From NCBI GenBank assembly GCA_050248855.1, contig JBFWRP010000006.1, positions 32,001-96,000 on the forward strand: a stretch of DNA of 64,000 nt, written 5' to 3'. The notes under the pieces are model-generated. The model did no database searches, was not told the DNA's origin, and worked only from the letters and a program-made list of their open reading frames with translations. Source of the DNA: Planctomycetota bacterium (GTDB taxonomy: Bacteria > Planctomycetota > PLA2 > JAEUHO01). This document shows positions 53,165-62,749 of the stretch, in pieces; position 1 is the stretch's first letter, and each line of letters opens with the position of its first letter. The translations under genes were made by a program, and so were the position numbers.

Positions 53165-56100
53165 GCGACGTGCAGCTCTCTCCCGCGCAAGCCGGCGCCG
53201 TGCAGCACGCGCGCGGCGACGCGGTCGTCGTGGCCGGCGCGGGCTCCGGCAAGACGCGCGTGCTCACGTCGCGCTTCCTGCACCTGGTGCAGCAGCGAGG
53301 TCTACCCATCCACGCCCTGGCGGCGCTCACCTTCACCGAGCGCGCGGCCCGCGAGATGCGCGAGCGCATCGCGGAGGCCTTCGACGCCCAGGGCGACGAC
53401 GCAGCCGTGGCCGAGGTCGAGATGGCCGACATCGGTACGCTGCACGCCTGGTGCGCGGCGTTGCTGCGCCGCCATGCCGTGGCCGCGGGGGTGGACCCCG
53501 GCTTCGTGCTGCTGGACCCGGCCGAGCAAGGGCTGCTGCTCGGTGATGCCGCCGCGGCGGCGGAGGCGCTGCTCCAGGAAGACGACGCCGGGCGCCAAGC
53601 GTGGCGCGACGTGGGGGCCTGGCTTGCCGCGTCACCCCGCTCGCTCCTCCTCGAGCTGCTCGAGCGGCTCCGCGGCGCCGCCGTCCGACCGGCCGAGCTT
53701 GCGTGGGCGCCAGGCGCGACCGATGTCCCTTCGCTCGCCGCGGAGGCCCGGCGAGCGCTCGAGACCGCACGCGAAGCGCTCGCCACGGCCGATCCGCCCG
53801 CCGAGGTGCGCGGGCCCGTCGAGATGGCCTTGGCCGCGTTGGCCGCGGCGCTGGACGAGCCCCCCTCGGCGGTGCGTGCGTTCACGCTGCTCCACCGGGC
53901 GGGCGAAGTGCCCAACCAGAGCGTCGTGCGCAAGAAGGTCTGGGGCACGAGCCGCAAGGCCTTGGTCGAGATCCTGGAGCAGCTCGCGGCCGCCGAGCTG
54001 GACGAGGTCGGCGCGACCACCGTCTTGCCGCCGCTCAAGCATGTCCTCCAGGCGTACGAGGACGCGTATGCCGAGGCCAAGCGCGAGCGCGGCTTGTTCG
54101 ACTTCGACGATCTCGAGCATCACGCGCTGGCCTACTTGCAGCGCTTGGCGACCGAGCGGCGACCGCTGGAAGCCGCCCCGCGCGTCGTGCTCGTGGACGA
54201 GTTCCAGGACACGAGCCCCGTGCAGGCCCAGCTCTTGGCCCTGCTCCGCGCGCAGGGCGCCGAGCAGATGGTCGTTGGCGATGCCAAACAGGGGATCTAT
54301 CGGTTCCGCCGAGCCGACGTGCGCGTCTTGCTGGCCGAGCGCGAGCGCGTCGGTGCGGCGGGCGAGCACTTGCTGGCGACGTCCTGGCGTTCGGCCCCCG
54401 ACCTCGTGGATGCCGTGAACCACGTGCATGCGCGGTTGTTTGCCGGCGGTGCCGCGGGCGTGCCGTACGAGCCGCTGGTGGCGGGCGCCACGTTCGCAGC
54501 CCCCGCGCCCGACGTGCCGCCCGTGGAGCTCATGTTCGTGCGTCAGGACGGGGCCAAGATCGGCGACGTCACGGTGTGCGAAGCGACTGCCGTTGCAGCG
54601 TGGATCCGCGACCTCGTCGCGTCGAACACGCCCAAGCGCAAGGAGGGCACGACCGGGCCGATCGGCTACGGCGACATCGCCATCCTCCTTCGTGCGCGAT
54701 CGCGCATGGCCGACTTCGAGCGGGCACTCGTGGAGGCGGGCGTTCCGCATCGCACGGTCGGCGGACGCGGCTGGCACCAAGCCGAGGAGATCGAGGACCT
54801 GCGCGATGCCTTGCGCGTGGTGCACGACCCGGCCGACGACCACGCCGTCGCCGCGTTCCTGACGGGCCCGGTCGTGCGCGCCCCCGACGAGGTGCTGGCC
54901 GTCTGCTTCGCCGACCCGGACGACCCACGAACGCCCTGGCAGCGTTGGTGCGATGGGGCGGACGGTCCCGATCAGCTTCGCGTCGTGGCAACGGTGCAGC
55001 GGCTCCGGCGGGAGGCCGTGCTGGGCTCGCTCACGGCGACGGTGGCGGGTGTGCTCGACGACCTCGGGCTGCTTCCGGCCACGCTCGCGGGCCCCGACGG
55101 CGCACGTCGCGCGGCCAACCTGCGCAAGGCCTTGCCCTTGGCGCGCGCGCTGGAGGAGGCCGGGCGGCGCGGCCTGGGCGACCTCCTGCGTCAGCTCGAG
55201 CGACTGGACGAAGAAGGTGCCGACGAGGCCGAGGCCCCGGTGGGGGGCAGCGCGGACGACGCCGTGCGCCTGATGACGGTGCACGCGGCCAAGGGGCTGG
55301 AGTTCCCCGTGGTGATCCTGGCGGACGTCGGTCGGACGGGGCGCACCCACACGCCCCTCGTGCGCTTCGAGCCCGGTCGCGGCGTGGCCACCAAGGTGCG
55401 CGACCCCCTCGAGGGCACCACGCACAAGTCGGCGGGCTACGTCGCCTTGGGCGAGGTCGATGCCACGGGCGATGACCAGGAGCTGTTGCGCCTCCTCTAC
55501 GTGGCGGCCACGCGTGCCGAGGAGCGCCTCGTCATCACGGGTTCGCTGACGGGTCAGACGAAGGCGGGCGAGCCGGGCGGCATGTACGGCTGGGGCCGCA
55601 CGTTGCTGGCGCTCCTGGGCGTAGGACCGGGATGCGGCTCCACCGACGTCCCGTGCGACGGCGACACGCAGACCTTCGTGCGCGTCACGATCCGCGACGC
55701 CGCAGACGTCGTCGCGGCCCCACCGTTGCCCGCGGCCCCCGATGTCGGCGAGACGGCCGACGAAGCCGCGGCGTGCGTGCAGGCGGCCGCGCAGGATGCC
55801 GCACCGCTTCGCGACACGCGCTACGTCGCCAGCGTCACCGAGCTCGTGGCCTTCGCGGCCTCGCCGCCGGCTTGGTACGAGCGCTATGTCCTAGGCGTCT
55901 CCAGCGAGCCGCCGCGGCGTGAGACCCGTGACGACGACGACCTCCGCCGACCTCCTCGCGAGGAGGACGAGATCACGTGGCGCACCGGACCCGACCCGCA
56001 CGCGGCATCAGTCGGCACGGCCGTGCACGCGTATCTGGAGCGCGTGGCCGGCCCCGAGACGGCGCTCGACCAGGACCGCTTGGACGAGGTGCTGGCCGAC

Positions 56101-56649
56101 GTGTTCGGACGCGACGTGCCGCCCGAGGCCAGGCAGCGCGTCGAGCACCTGGTCGCACGCTTCCTTGCGTGCGACCTGGGTGTGCGTCTGGGGCACGCGC
56201 TCGCTTCAGGCGCCGACGTCCGCCGCGAGATGGCGTTCCACGTGCGCGTGCGCTTCCCCGAGCGTCGGCGCGTGGGCCCCTTCGACGGCCTGCTCGTGCG
56301 CGGCACCGTCGATCTCTGGCTACCCACCGAGCGCGGGGTGCTTCTCGTGGACCACAAGACGGCTGCCCGCAGCAAGCGCTTCCCCACCCCCGAGGCCGTC
56401 GCTGCCCACCACGCCGTGCAGCTGCGCCTCTACGCCCTCGCGGCCGAGCGCGTGGAAGGCGCCGACGTCGCTGGTGCCGGCGTGCTCTTGCTCGATCCTT
56501 CCTGGGGCGACGAGCCCGTCTTCGCTCACGTCGACGTCGGCGGCGACGCCCTCCGCGAGACACGCGAGGTCGTCGAGGCCTTCGCCCGCGCCGAGCTCGA
56601 AGGCCGCTACCCCCTCGACTGGCGCAGCCTGCTCCTCACGGATGCGTGA
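53161..56649 (+). CDS. addA: AddA-like UvrD helicase-nuclease
   Basis: AGAGSGKT, TFTERAAREM, DEFQDT, GDAKQGIYRFR, MTVHAAKGLEF, YVAATRA, GTVD and DHK. Confidence 0.9.
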   Translation: MSDVQLSPAQAGAVQHARGDAVVVAGAGSGKTRVLTSRFLHLVQQRGLPIHALAALTFTERAAREMRERIAEAFDAQGDDAAVAEVEMADIGTLHAWCAALLRRHAVAAGVDPGFVLLDPAEQGLLLGDAAAAAEALLQEDDAGRQAWRDVGAWLAASPRSLLLELLERLRGAAVRPAELAWAPGATDVPSLAAEARRALETAREALATADPPAEVRGPVEMALAALAAALDEPPSAVRAFTLLHRAGEVPNQSVVRKKVWGTSRKALVEILEQLAAAELDEVGATTVLPPLKHVLQAYEDAYAEAKRERGLFDFDDLEHHALAYLQRLATERRPLEAAPRVVLVDEFQDTSPVQAQLLALLRAQGAEQMVVGDAKQGIYRFRRADVRVLLAERERVGAAGEHLLATSWRSAPDLVDAVNHVHARLFAGGAAGVPYEPLVAGATFAAPAPDVPPVELMFVRQDGAKIGDVTVCEATAVAAWIRDLVASNTPKRKEGTTGPIGYGDIAILLRARSRMADFERALVEAGVPHRTVGGRGWHQAEEIEDLRDALRVVHDPADDHAVAAFLTGPVVRAPDEVLAVCFADPDDPRTPWQRWCDGADGPDQLRVVATVQRLRREAVLGSLTATVAGVLDDLGLLPATLAGPDGARRAANLRKALPLARALEEAGRRGLGDLLRQLERLDEEGADEAEAPVGGSADDAVRLMTVHAAKGLEFPVVILADVGRTGRTHTPLVRFEPGRGVATKVRDPLEGTTHKSAGYVALGEVDATGDDQELLRLLYVAATRAEERLVITGSLTGQTKAGEPGGMYGWGRTLLALLGVGPGCGSTDVPCDGDTQTFVRVTIRDAADVVAAPPLPAAPDVGETADEAAACVQAAAQDAAPLRDTRYVASVTELVAFAASPPAWYERYVLGVSSEPPRRETRDDDDLRRPPREEDEITWRTGPDPHAASVGTAVHAYLERVAGPETALDQDRLDEVLADVFGRDVPPEARQRVEHLVARFLACDLGVRLGHALASGADVRREMAFHVRVRFPERRRVGPFDGLLVRGTVDLWLPTERGVLLVDHKTAARSKRFPTPEAVAAHHAVQLRLYALAAERVEGADVAGAGVLLLDPSWGDEPVFAHVDVGGDALRETREVVEAFARAELEGRYPLDWRSLLLTDA

Positions 56650-56769
56650 TGCGCATGTAGGTGTCCGAACCCGTGTCTCGGAGCGAAGCGACACTGACAC
56701 GGGGTCTGCAATGGAAGGTGCCTGAACTCCGGGCTCGGACAGGACAGCCACGCTTCCATGGGAGGGGGT

Positions 56770-56928
56770 GCCGCGCGCATCGAGACGCGGTACGGAGGCG
56801 GGGATTTCTTCCGCAACTTGCCGCCCTGCGCTTCGGCATGCGGAAGTGCCCATCGGCAAGTTGCGGAAGAATTCCCCGCCTCCGTACGGGCTTTGCCGTC
56901 GGCATGAAGAACTGATACCGGAGTGCGT
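56770..56928. repeat. REP/MITE-like palindromic element, copy 2
   Basis: 34-bp stem (56790-56823 / 56854-56887) with one mismatch; inverted homolog of 48002-48155. Confidence 0.85.
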
Positions 56929-57077
56929 AGCCCGCTTGCGTGCACGGTGCCCGGGCAAGGCCAGTCATCTCACGTGGATGCACGAGCACTGCAACGATGC
57001 GCCCGTCAGTCGTGCTTGGTGAAGGCGTACGCGCAACCTCGGGGCCGCCCTGCGAGCACGCTCCTGGAAGGCGCAGC

Positions 57078-57122
57078 GTGATAGGAGTTGCTCTGGCACC
57101 GTACTCCCCGGCACCGTACTCC
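57078..57122 (+). repeat. GTGATAGGA(G/A)TTGCTCTGGCACCGTACTC repeat family, copy A
   Basis: Inverted copy at 57963-57992 and direct copy at 58145-58204. Confidence 0.85.
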
Positions 57123-57139
57123 GGGGCGATCGGCGGACC

Positions 57140-57871
57140 TCAGCGCTGAGTGCGCCAGACCGAAACGTGTGACGTGCTCTCGGCCGTGAACGTGCTCCGG
57201 TGCCAGTCGGCCCATCGCTCGGTGAGCCGCATGCCGGCGACGCGTGCCATCAGGTCGAGCTCGCTCGGCCACACGTATCGGAACGGCATGCGCGCCCACG
57301 GTCGGTCGGGTCGGAGGTGATGTGACCACGAGCGCTGGGTGACGAGGTCGTACTCGTCGATGCCGACATGGTCGCCGGCGACGTGGAACGGCGCGAACCG
57401 CACGCCGGGTGGCAGGCGTCGGATCTGGGGCACGATCACCTCGACGACGAAGGCGCCGCCGGGGGAGAGGTGGGCCGCGGCATTCTCGAAGCAGGCCACC
57501 TGCTCGTCCTGCGTGAGCAGGTTCATGATCGTGTTGAACACCAGGTAGACGAGCCCGAACCCGCCGTCGATGCGAGTGGTCGCCATGTCGCCGATCGTCA
57601 CCGGGATGTCGGCGCCGCCCGGCTTGGCGCGCAGCTCGCGCACCATCGCCTCCGACAGCTCGATGCCGCTGACCGCGATGCCGCGCTCGGCGAGTGGGAG
57701 CGCGACCCGACCGGTACCGATCGCGAACTCGAGCGCTGGCTGCCCGGCGGCCAGATCGGCGAGGAACTCGACCTCGGGCCCGAGCGCATCGGGCGCGAAC
57801 CGCTCGGCGACGTCGTCGTCGTAGTCGGGTGCGACCGAGTCGCCGAACCAGCCGTCGTCGTGAACGTCCAC
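57140..57871 (-). CDS. Class I SAM-dependent methyltransferase
   Basis: ALEFAIGTGRVALPLA, GIELSEAM, GDM, VYLVFNTIMNL and PSELDLMA; start approximate. Confidence 0.88.
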   Translation of the reverse strand: MDVHDDGWFGDSVAPDYDDDVAERFAPDALGPEVEFLADLAAGQPALEFAIGTGRVALPLAERGIAVSGIELSEAMVRELRAKPGGADIPVTIGDMATTRIDGGFGLVYLVFNTIMNLLTQDEQVACFENAAAHLSPGGAFVVEVIVPQIRRLPPGVRFAPFHVAGDHVGIDEYDLVTQRSWSHHLRPDRPWARMPFRYVWPSELDLMARVAGMRLTERWADWHRSTFTAESTSHVSVWRTQR

Positions 57872-57962
57872 GGTGGTCCAGAATGACACCCGGCCGGCGT
57901 CGGCGGGCACTTCGTTTCGAGAGTACGGAGAGAGTACGGAGTGCGGGCAAATGCCATGTACG

Positions 57963-57992
57963 GGAGTACGGTGCCAGAGCAATTCCTATCAC
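57963..57992 (-). repeat. Repeat family copy B (inverted)
   Basis: Reverse complement is gtgataggaattgctctggcaccgtactcc. Confidence 0.85.
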
Positions 57993-58144
57993 GTTGCCTG
58001 GCTGACGCGTACGGGAGCGCTACACGCAGGCGAAGCCGGAAGGTCGCCACGGCGCGCCCCAGGTGTCTCGAGGCACCAATCCTGCTCCACGGCCGGTCAG
58101 CTGCGAACTGGATTCCGTTCGCCACGCTCCTTGACCGGCGACAG

Positions 58145-58204
58145 GTGATAGGAATTGCTCTGGCACCGTACTCACTGGCACCGTACTCACTGGCACCGTA
58201 CTCA
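58145..58204 (+). repeat. Repeat family copy C with 3x tandem CTGGCACCGTACTCA
   Basis: Direct read of the sequence. Confidence 0.85.
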
Positions 58205-58229
58205 GATCTCGTTTCGCGAGCCGGACGGG

Positions 58230-59024
58230 TCACAGGGAGAGCGAAGAATCGGGTCGGGTTCCGGACTCGCGATCCCGTTCGATCCGGGCAGTGAGCGCAT
58301 TCAGGTCCTTTGCGTCGGGCGTGGACACCTCGGGTCGTCCGTAGCAGCGCAGGCCCCCCCGGATGACGAGGTTGGTCAGGATGGACTGGTCGTGGCGGTG
58401 CTCGACGAATCCGTCCAGGTCCGGCAGGCCGCAGGTGCTCGGGCCATCTCCGATGAGCCGGGGATCCGTGCAGCAGGCCAGCCACTCGTGCAGCAGGTCG
58501 AGCGCGACGGGCGTGCGCCTCCAGACGCTGAAGGTGGCTTGGATCTGGGGGTGCTCCCAGAAGCGCGGCTCGTCGCAGCCCATGCCCACGAAGCAGTCGC
58601 GCTTCGTCCACAGCCGGTTGGGGCCGAACTCCGGGATGTAGACGCCGGGCAGCAGGCCGCCGTTGCAGGACCCACACCAGTCCAGCAGCGCCGCGATGGG
58701 CGCGCGGAAGGCATGGCCGCGCCGGCGTGCCCCCCGGCGCCCACGACCCACGTCCCAGTAGACCACCCATGCGTCCGCGGGCGCCTCGAGCAGGGTCTCG
58801 AGGATGATGTAGGGCTTCCAGGCCCAGAGACCCGCCCCGCGCGGCGTCTCCAGCAGCGTGGCGTGCTCGCGATAGAACGCCGTGCGCTTGAGCCGTCGGC
58901 GCGTCCAGGGCCGGACCGCGTCGAAGCCGTGTCGCCTCGCGGACCTTCCCAGGTGCCGCTGGCGCGCCCGCCAGCGCCCCCCGTGCCGGCCGATCGCTCC
59001 GGCAAACGAGACGAGGATCTTCAC
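58230..59024 (-). CDS. Hypothetical protein, possibly glycosyltransferase-like
   Basis: RGAGLWAWKPYII, YWD, WTKRDCF and HRHDQSIL motifs. Confidence 0.6.
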   Translation of the reverse strand: MKILVSFAGAIGRHGGRWRARQRHLGRSARRHGFDAVRPWTRRRLKRTAFYREHATLLETPRGAGLWAWKPYIILETLLEAPADAWVVYWDVGRGRRGARRRGHAFRAPIAALLDWCGSCNGGLLPGVYIPEFGPNRLWTKRDCFVGMGCDEPRFWEHPQIQATFSVWRRTPVALDLLHEWLACCTDPRLIGDGPSTCGLPDLDGFVEHRHDQSILTNLVIRGGLRCYGRPEVSTPDAKDLNALTARIERDRESGTRPDSSLSL

Positions 59025-59047
59025 GGGCGCAGCCTACGCAAGAGCTC

Positions 59048-59127
59048 GGAGTTCGGAGTGCGGGCAAGTCCCATGGATTAGTGGGCAAGTTGCATGAGAT
59101 TCGCCCGCGCTCGGTAGCGCGGTAGCC
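59048..59127. repeat. Palindromic intergenic element (second family)
   Basis: gagtgcgggc...gcccgcgctc hairpin followed by ggtagc repeats; homolog at 62544-62627 and partial copy at 57932-57950. Confidence 0.75.
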
Positions 59128-59138
59128 CTACCCCTTCG

Positions 59139-61043
59139 TCATGGAGTAGGCCCTGACACCGCGTGGCGCGCCGCCACGGCGGCCTGCACCTCGTCGTACG
59201 GGACCGTTTCGAGGCGGCGGATCCGCTTGGGGTCGGGCCCGGGCGGCAGGTCGTGGGCGGCGAACGAACCGTCGGGTGCACGCAGCGGCACGGGTGACCG
59301 GGGCACCTCGCTCGAGCGCACCGGGTGGCGACCGCCGCGCAACAGGTGCCACATCCAGCGAGGGCTGCGCGCATAGTTGCGCAGCAGACCCGCCATCCCC
59401 CACGCCTGGAACGCCGCATCCACGAACCAGCCGCGGCGGCTCTTGGAGGCCACGAGCGACCACAGCAGGCGTACTGGGTTGTAGAACCACGTGTAGGCGA
59501 TCAACACGTTGAGCTGTCGCAGCCAGGGATGCTTGGCGCGCGAGGCCACCACGTGGTTGCCGTCCACCATGTGCGGAGTAACGGGCTGACCGTTGACCGA
59601 CTCGTACGCGAGGCCGCTCTCGTACGTCTCGTAGTACAGCTTGGTGCCGTGCGCCGGGGAGAGCAGCAGGACCTGCAGGCTCATGGCGCCCGCCGAGCGC
59701 AGCATCTGCACCTGGTTGAGCAGGCCTCGCGGGCTCTTGATCGTCAGCAGGGGCTGCGTGTCGTCGTGCATCATCATGGGCATCGGCTTGATGCCGGCCT
59801 CACGCATCGCAGCGAACGCCGTCCGCGTGCCGTCTATGGACTGGCCCTTCTTGACCAGCGTGGCGGTCATGTCCTCGACGCCCAGCCACAGCGCCCGCAC
59901 GCCCGCCCGGCGCGCGTCCACGAGGTGGTCGACCATCTGCAGCGTGTCATGGACCGTGACCTCGGTCCCCCAGCGCGCGAACCGTCGGAGCGGCGTGCCG
60001 GCGGGCGAGGAGGCGTCGCGCAGCGTCTCGATGATCTCGACGGCGCGGTCTTTGCGATTGAAGAAGTTGTCGTCGGCTCCGAAGAAGTAGCGGATGCCGT
60101 ACTCGTCGTGGATGCGTCCCATCTCGTCGGCAATGCGTCCCGCGCTCTTTTGCCGGTCTTGGTGCTGGTTGTAGGCGGGGATGGGACAGTACGGGCAGCG
60201 GAACTTGCAGCCGTAGGTCATCTCCATGACGGCCATGGGCGCCAGCTTGCGGACCCGACCGCGCTCCAGGGCCCGGGAGGCCAGGGTGGGCTTGCGGCTC
60301 GGCGCCTCCAGGACGCGGTAGCCCAGGACGGGATGCGGCAGCTCGTCCAGGTTGCGCAGCAGGCGCTGCACGCCGGTGTCGACGAGCTCCTCGGCGACTC
60401 CCTCCCTGCGGCCCTTGGCGTACACGAGTCCTGGGATGTGGTCGAGCATGCCGGCATCACGCACGCGCAGGAAGGTCGTGCGCAGCGTCTCGCTGGCGCG
60501 CTTCTCCTCCAGCAGTACTTCCAGCAGGCTCAGGAAGACGAACGTCTCGCCGGTCGCGGCCACGTCGGCCCCCCAGGGGTCGTGGGGGTCCGTGCCGAAG
60601 GGCAGCCACGGCTGGTAGTTGGTGCGTGGTCCCCCCGCGATCACGAGCGGCCGCTCTGCAGGGTCGATGCGGCATACGTCCCGCAGCAGCTTGTCGGCCG
60701 CCTCCCCGTGGATGGCCATGCTGGAGACGAGGAACATGTCGGGGATGCGTCCGTCCAGCCGCATGGCCGACGGCTGGAACCACCGGTTCCACTGCTGGAA
60801 CACGACGCGCGTCTTCTCGAACCCGACGTCCAGGAGTGCCGACGCCAGCATGCGCACGCCGCCAGGGATCAGACGTCGATCCAGGAACACGAACGGAAGC
60901 ATGCGCGTGCGGTGGTCGAACGCGTAGGCCGCGACCGTGGTCAGGTCGTGGCCCCGAGCGAGGTGCTTCAGGCGGTCGCGCAGGGCAAGAAGCGCGCCGT
61001 CGGGGAGCAGCTCGTCTCCCTTGGCCCGGAACGGCAATTCCAT
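59139..61043 (-). CDS. B12-binding-domain radical SAM protein
   Basis: VIAGGP, GCKFRCPYC, FFGADDNF and LGVE. Confidence 0.85.
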   Translation of the reverse strand: MELPFRAKGDELLPDGALLALRDRLKHLARGHDLTTVAAYAFDHRTRMLPFVFLDRRLIPGGVRMLASALLDVGFEKTRVVFQQWNRWFQPSAMRLDGRIPDMFLVSSMAIHGEAADKLLRDVCRIDPAERPLVIAGGPRTNYQPWLPFGTDPHDPWGADVAATGETFVFLSLLEVLLEEKRASETLRTTFLRVRDAGMLDHIPGLVYAKGRREGVAEELVDTGVQRLLRNLDELPHPVLGYRVLEAPSRKPTLASRALERGRVRKLAPMAVMEMTYGCKFRCPYCPIPAYNQHQDRQKSAGRIADEMGRIHDEYGIRYFFGADDNFFNRKDRAVEIIETLRDASSPAGTPLRRFARWGTEVTVHDTLQMVDHLVDARRAGVRALWLGVEDMTATLVKKGQSIDGTRTAFAAMREAGIKPMPMMMHDDTQPLLTIKSPRGLLNQVQMLRSAGAMSLQVLLLSPAHGTKLYYETYESGLAYESVNGQPVTPHMVDGNHVVASRAKHPWLRQLNVLIAYTWFYNPVRLLWSLVASKSRRGWFVDAAFQAWGMAGLLRNYARSPRWMWHLLRGGRHPVRSSEVPRSPVPLRAPDGSFAAHDLPPGPDPKRIRRLETVPYDEVQAAVAARHAVSGPTP

Positions 61044-61172
61044 CGGGCCAGCGTACCCGAGCGGGCGGCACGGAAGGCGGCGCGGTGGGATTGGAGGTAC
61101 GGAGGCGGGAAACGTTGCTGCAACCTGCGCCAGTTCCCGGGCCTCCACGTGGATCGCTCGAGTGCCTGAACT

Positions 61173-61250
61173 GGCTGGGGCCTGCAACAGGTTTTCCCGC
61201 CTCTGTACTTAGGCTGGGGCCTGCAACAGGTCTTCCCGCCTCTGTACTTA
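61173..61250 (+). repeat. 39-bp tandem duplication
   Basis: ggctggggcctgcaacaggt(t/c)ttcccgcctctgtactta twice, one mismatch. Confidence 0.9.
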
Positions 61251-61370
61251 CTGGCGCCGCTCCTTGGACGTCGAGACGCTTTTTTTGACGCGCAGACGGA
61301 GCGGCGGCGCCGCTATGCTCCGCGGCCACTGTGGCGAGTGCCGCTCGATCGGGCCGCCCGGGAGGCGACG

Positions 61371-62495
61371 ATGAACGTTTGGAAGCGAGGCCTTCTTGCG
61401 CTGGCGTCGGCATTCTTGGTGGCCTGCGGCGGGGGGGGCTCCGTGGTGCCTGGCGACTCGTGCGAGTTCTTTGATCCCGATGAGTTTGATGACTCCCCGC
61501 TGGGCCGACAGGTGGACATCGAAGTCCGCTTCCTGACGGTCTCGCGTACGCGTCTGGATGCGATGCGCCTCGACGGCCTCGAGTTCCCCAACCTCGCGGC
61601 CATCATGGCCGGAGCCCCTACGAACATGGGCGGCACGAATTGCGGACCTTCGACGGGCGTGGACGCCAACGTCGTCGGGGGGGCGATGGGCGAGGTCGTC
61701 ATCGTTCCCGAGGGACACGCGGGCCAGCAGACGTTGCCGCTGGTTCGCCCCCTCCCCTTCATGCAGAGCGTAGGCGCCCAGGTCTACACGAACTACCCGG
61801 GCCCAGGCAGCTTCGCGATCGATCTCGCCGATCGGCGTGGTCTGGGCATGCTCAACCCAATCCCCGGCGGCCAGATCATCACGCCCCACACGGGTGTTCC
61901 GGCCAGTTCGATCATGTATGCGTTGACGGACGGAGCCGGCGCCAACCAGTTCATCTCGGAGGCCTTCGAAGACGCGGGGACGCGCCAGGTCGTGGCACCG
62001 ATGCTGCGTTCCTACTTCCGCCAGACCGCGACCGTGTTCGTGCCCACGGAAACCGTGGCCTTCGCCGACATGGATCCACAGTTCGCCGCGCGCGGCTCGC
62101 AGATCCACAACGCACTCGGCACGCTGGAGATGGGCCCCGTGCTGCGCATGACGGCGACCGTTCCTGCCAGCAACATCATCAGCCTCGTCCTGGAGCCAGC
62201 ACTCCAGGCCGCACAGGCTACCCTGCCCGACCCGTTCGACCTTGACGGGACAAGCGCTAGCCAAGCCCAGCTTCTGATCACGCGTTCGCGCCAGGTAAGT
62301 GCGACGGTCCTCGTCCCTGATGGGGCGACGTTGATCCTTGGTGGGCTGCGCAACAACGCGACGATGATCGAGACGACGGGGCTGCCCCTCTTCTCGGATC
62401 TGCCTGTGCTCGGCTCGCACGTCTTCGCCAACAACCAACTCAATGCCACCGACCACGACCTCATCATCATGATCAGGCCAACGATCCTTCATTAG
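61371..62495 (+). CDS. Lipoprotein with secretin (type II/III secretion) C-domain
   Basis: Lipobox LVAC; QVDIEVRFL, VLVPDGATLILGGL, GLPLFSDLPVLG and LIIMIRPTIL. Confidence 0.75.
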   Translation: MNVWKRGLLALASAFLVACGGGGSVVPGDSCEFFDPDEFDDSPLGRQVDIEVRFLTVSRTRLDAMRLDGLEFPNLAAIMAGAPTNMGGTNCGPSTGVDANVVGGAMGEVVIVPEGHAGQQTLPLVRPLPFMQSVGAQVYTNYPGPGSFAIDLADRRGLGMLNPIPGGQIITPHTGVPASSIMYALTDGAGANQFISEAFEDAGTRQVVAPMLRSYFRQTATVFVPTETVAFADMDPQFAARGSQIHNALGTLEMGPVLRMTATVPASNIISLVLEPALQAAQATLPDPFDLDGTSASQAQLLITRSRQVSATVLVPDGATLILGGLRNNATMIETTGLPLFSDLPVLGSHVFANNQLNATDHDLIIMIRPTILH

Positions 62496-62543
62496 CCCGC
62501 CACACGGCCGCGGACCGATCCGCGAACAACCGATGGGTACGGT

Positions 62544-62627
62544 GAGTACGGACTGCGGGCAAGTCCCGTGGGTTGGTGGGCAGGGTACATGAGCTTTGCC
62601 CGCACTCGGTAGCCCTTCGGTAGCCCA
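62544..62627. repeat. Palindromic intergenic element (second family), copy 2
   Basis: Homologous to 59048-59127. Confidence 0.75.
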
Positions 62628-62749
62628 GTCATCCCCTTCGGCCGGGTTTCCCTCCCTCCTGGGCTCCCCGGCTGTCGATCAGCGACGCTTCCGAACGTGG
62701 GTGGGGGACAGCCCGCCTCGCTTCGCGCCGCGCGTGCCACCATGGGCCC

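Noticed and set aside
49907..56649. Helicase-nuclease pair as a novel defence system
   Set aside because: Architecture and order match housekeeping AddAB recombination-repair genes.
57078..58204. Repeats as a CRISPR array or integron attC sites
   Set aside because: Mixed orientations, no regular spacers, no cas or intI gene, and no evident RYYYAAC/GTTRRRY cores.
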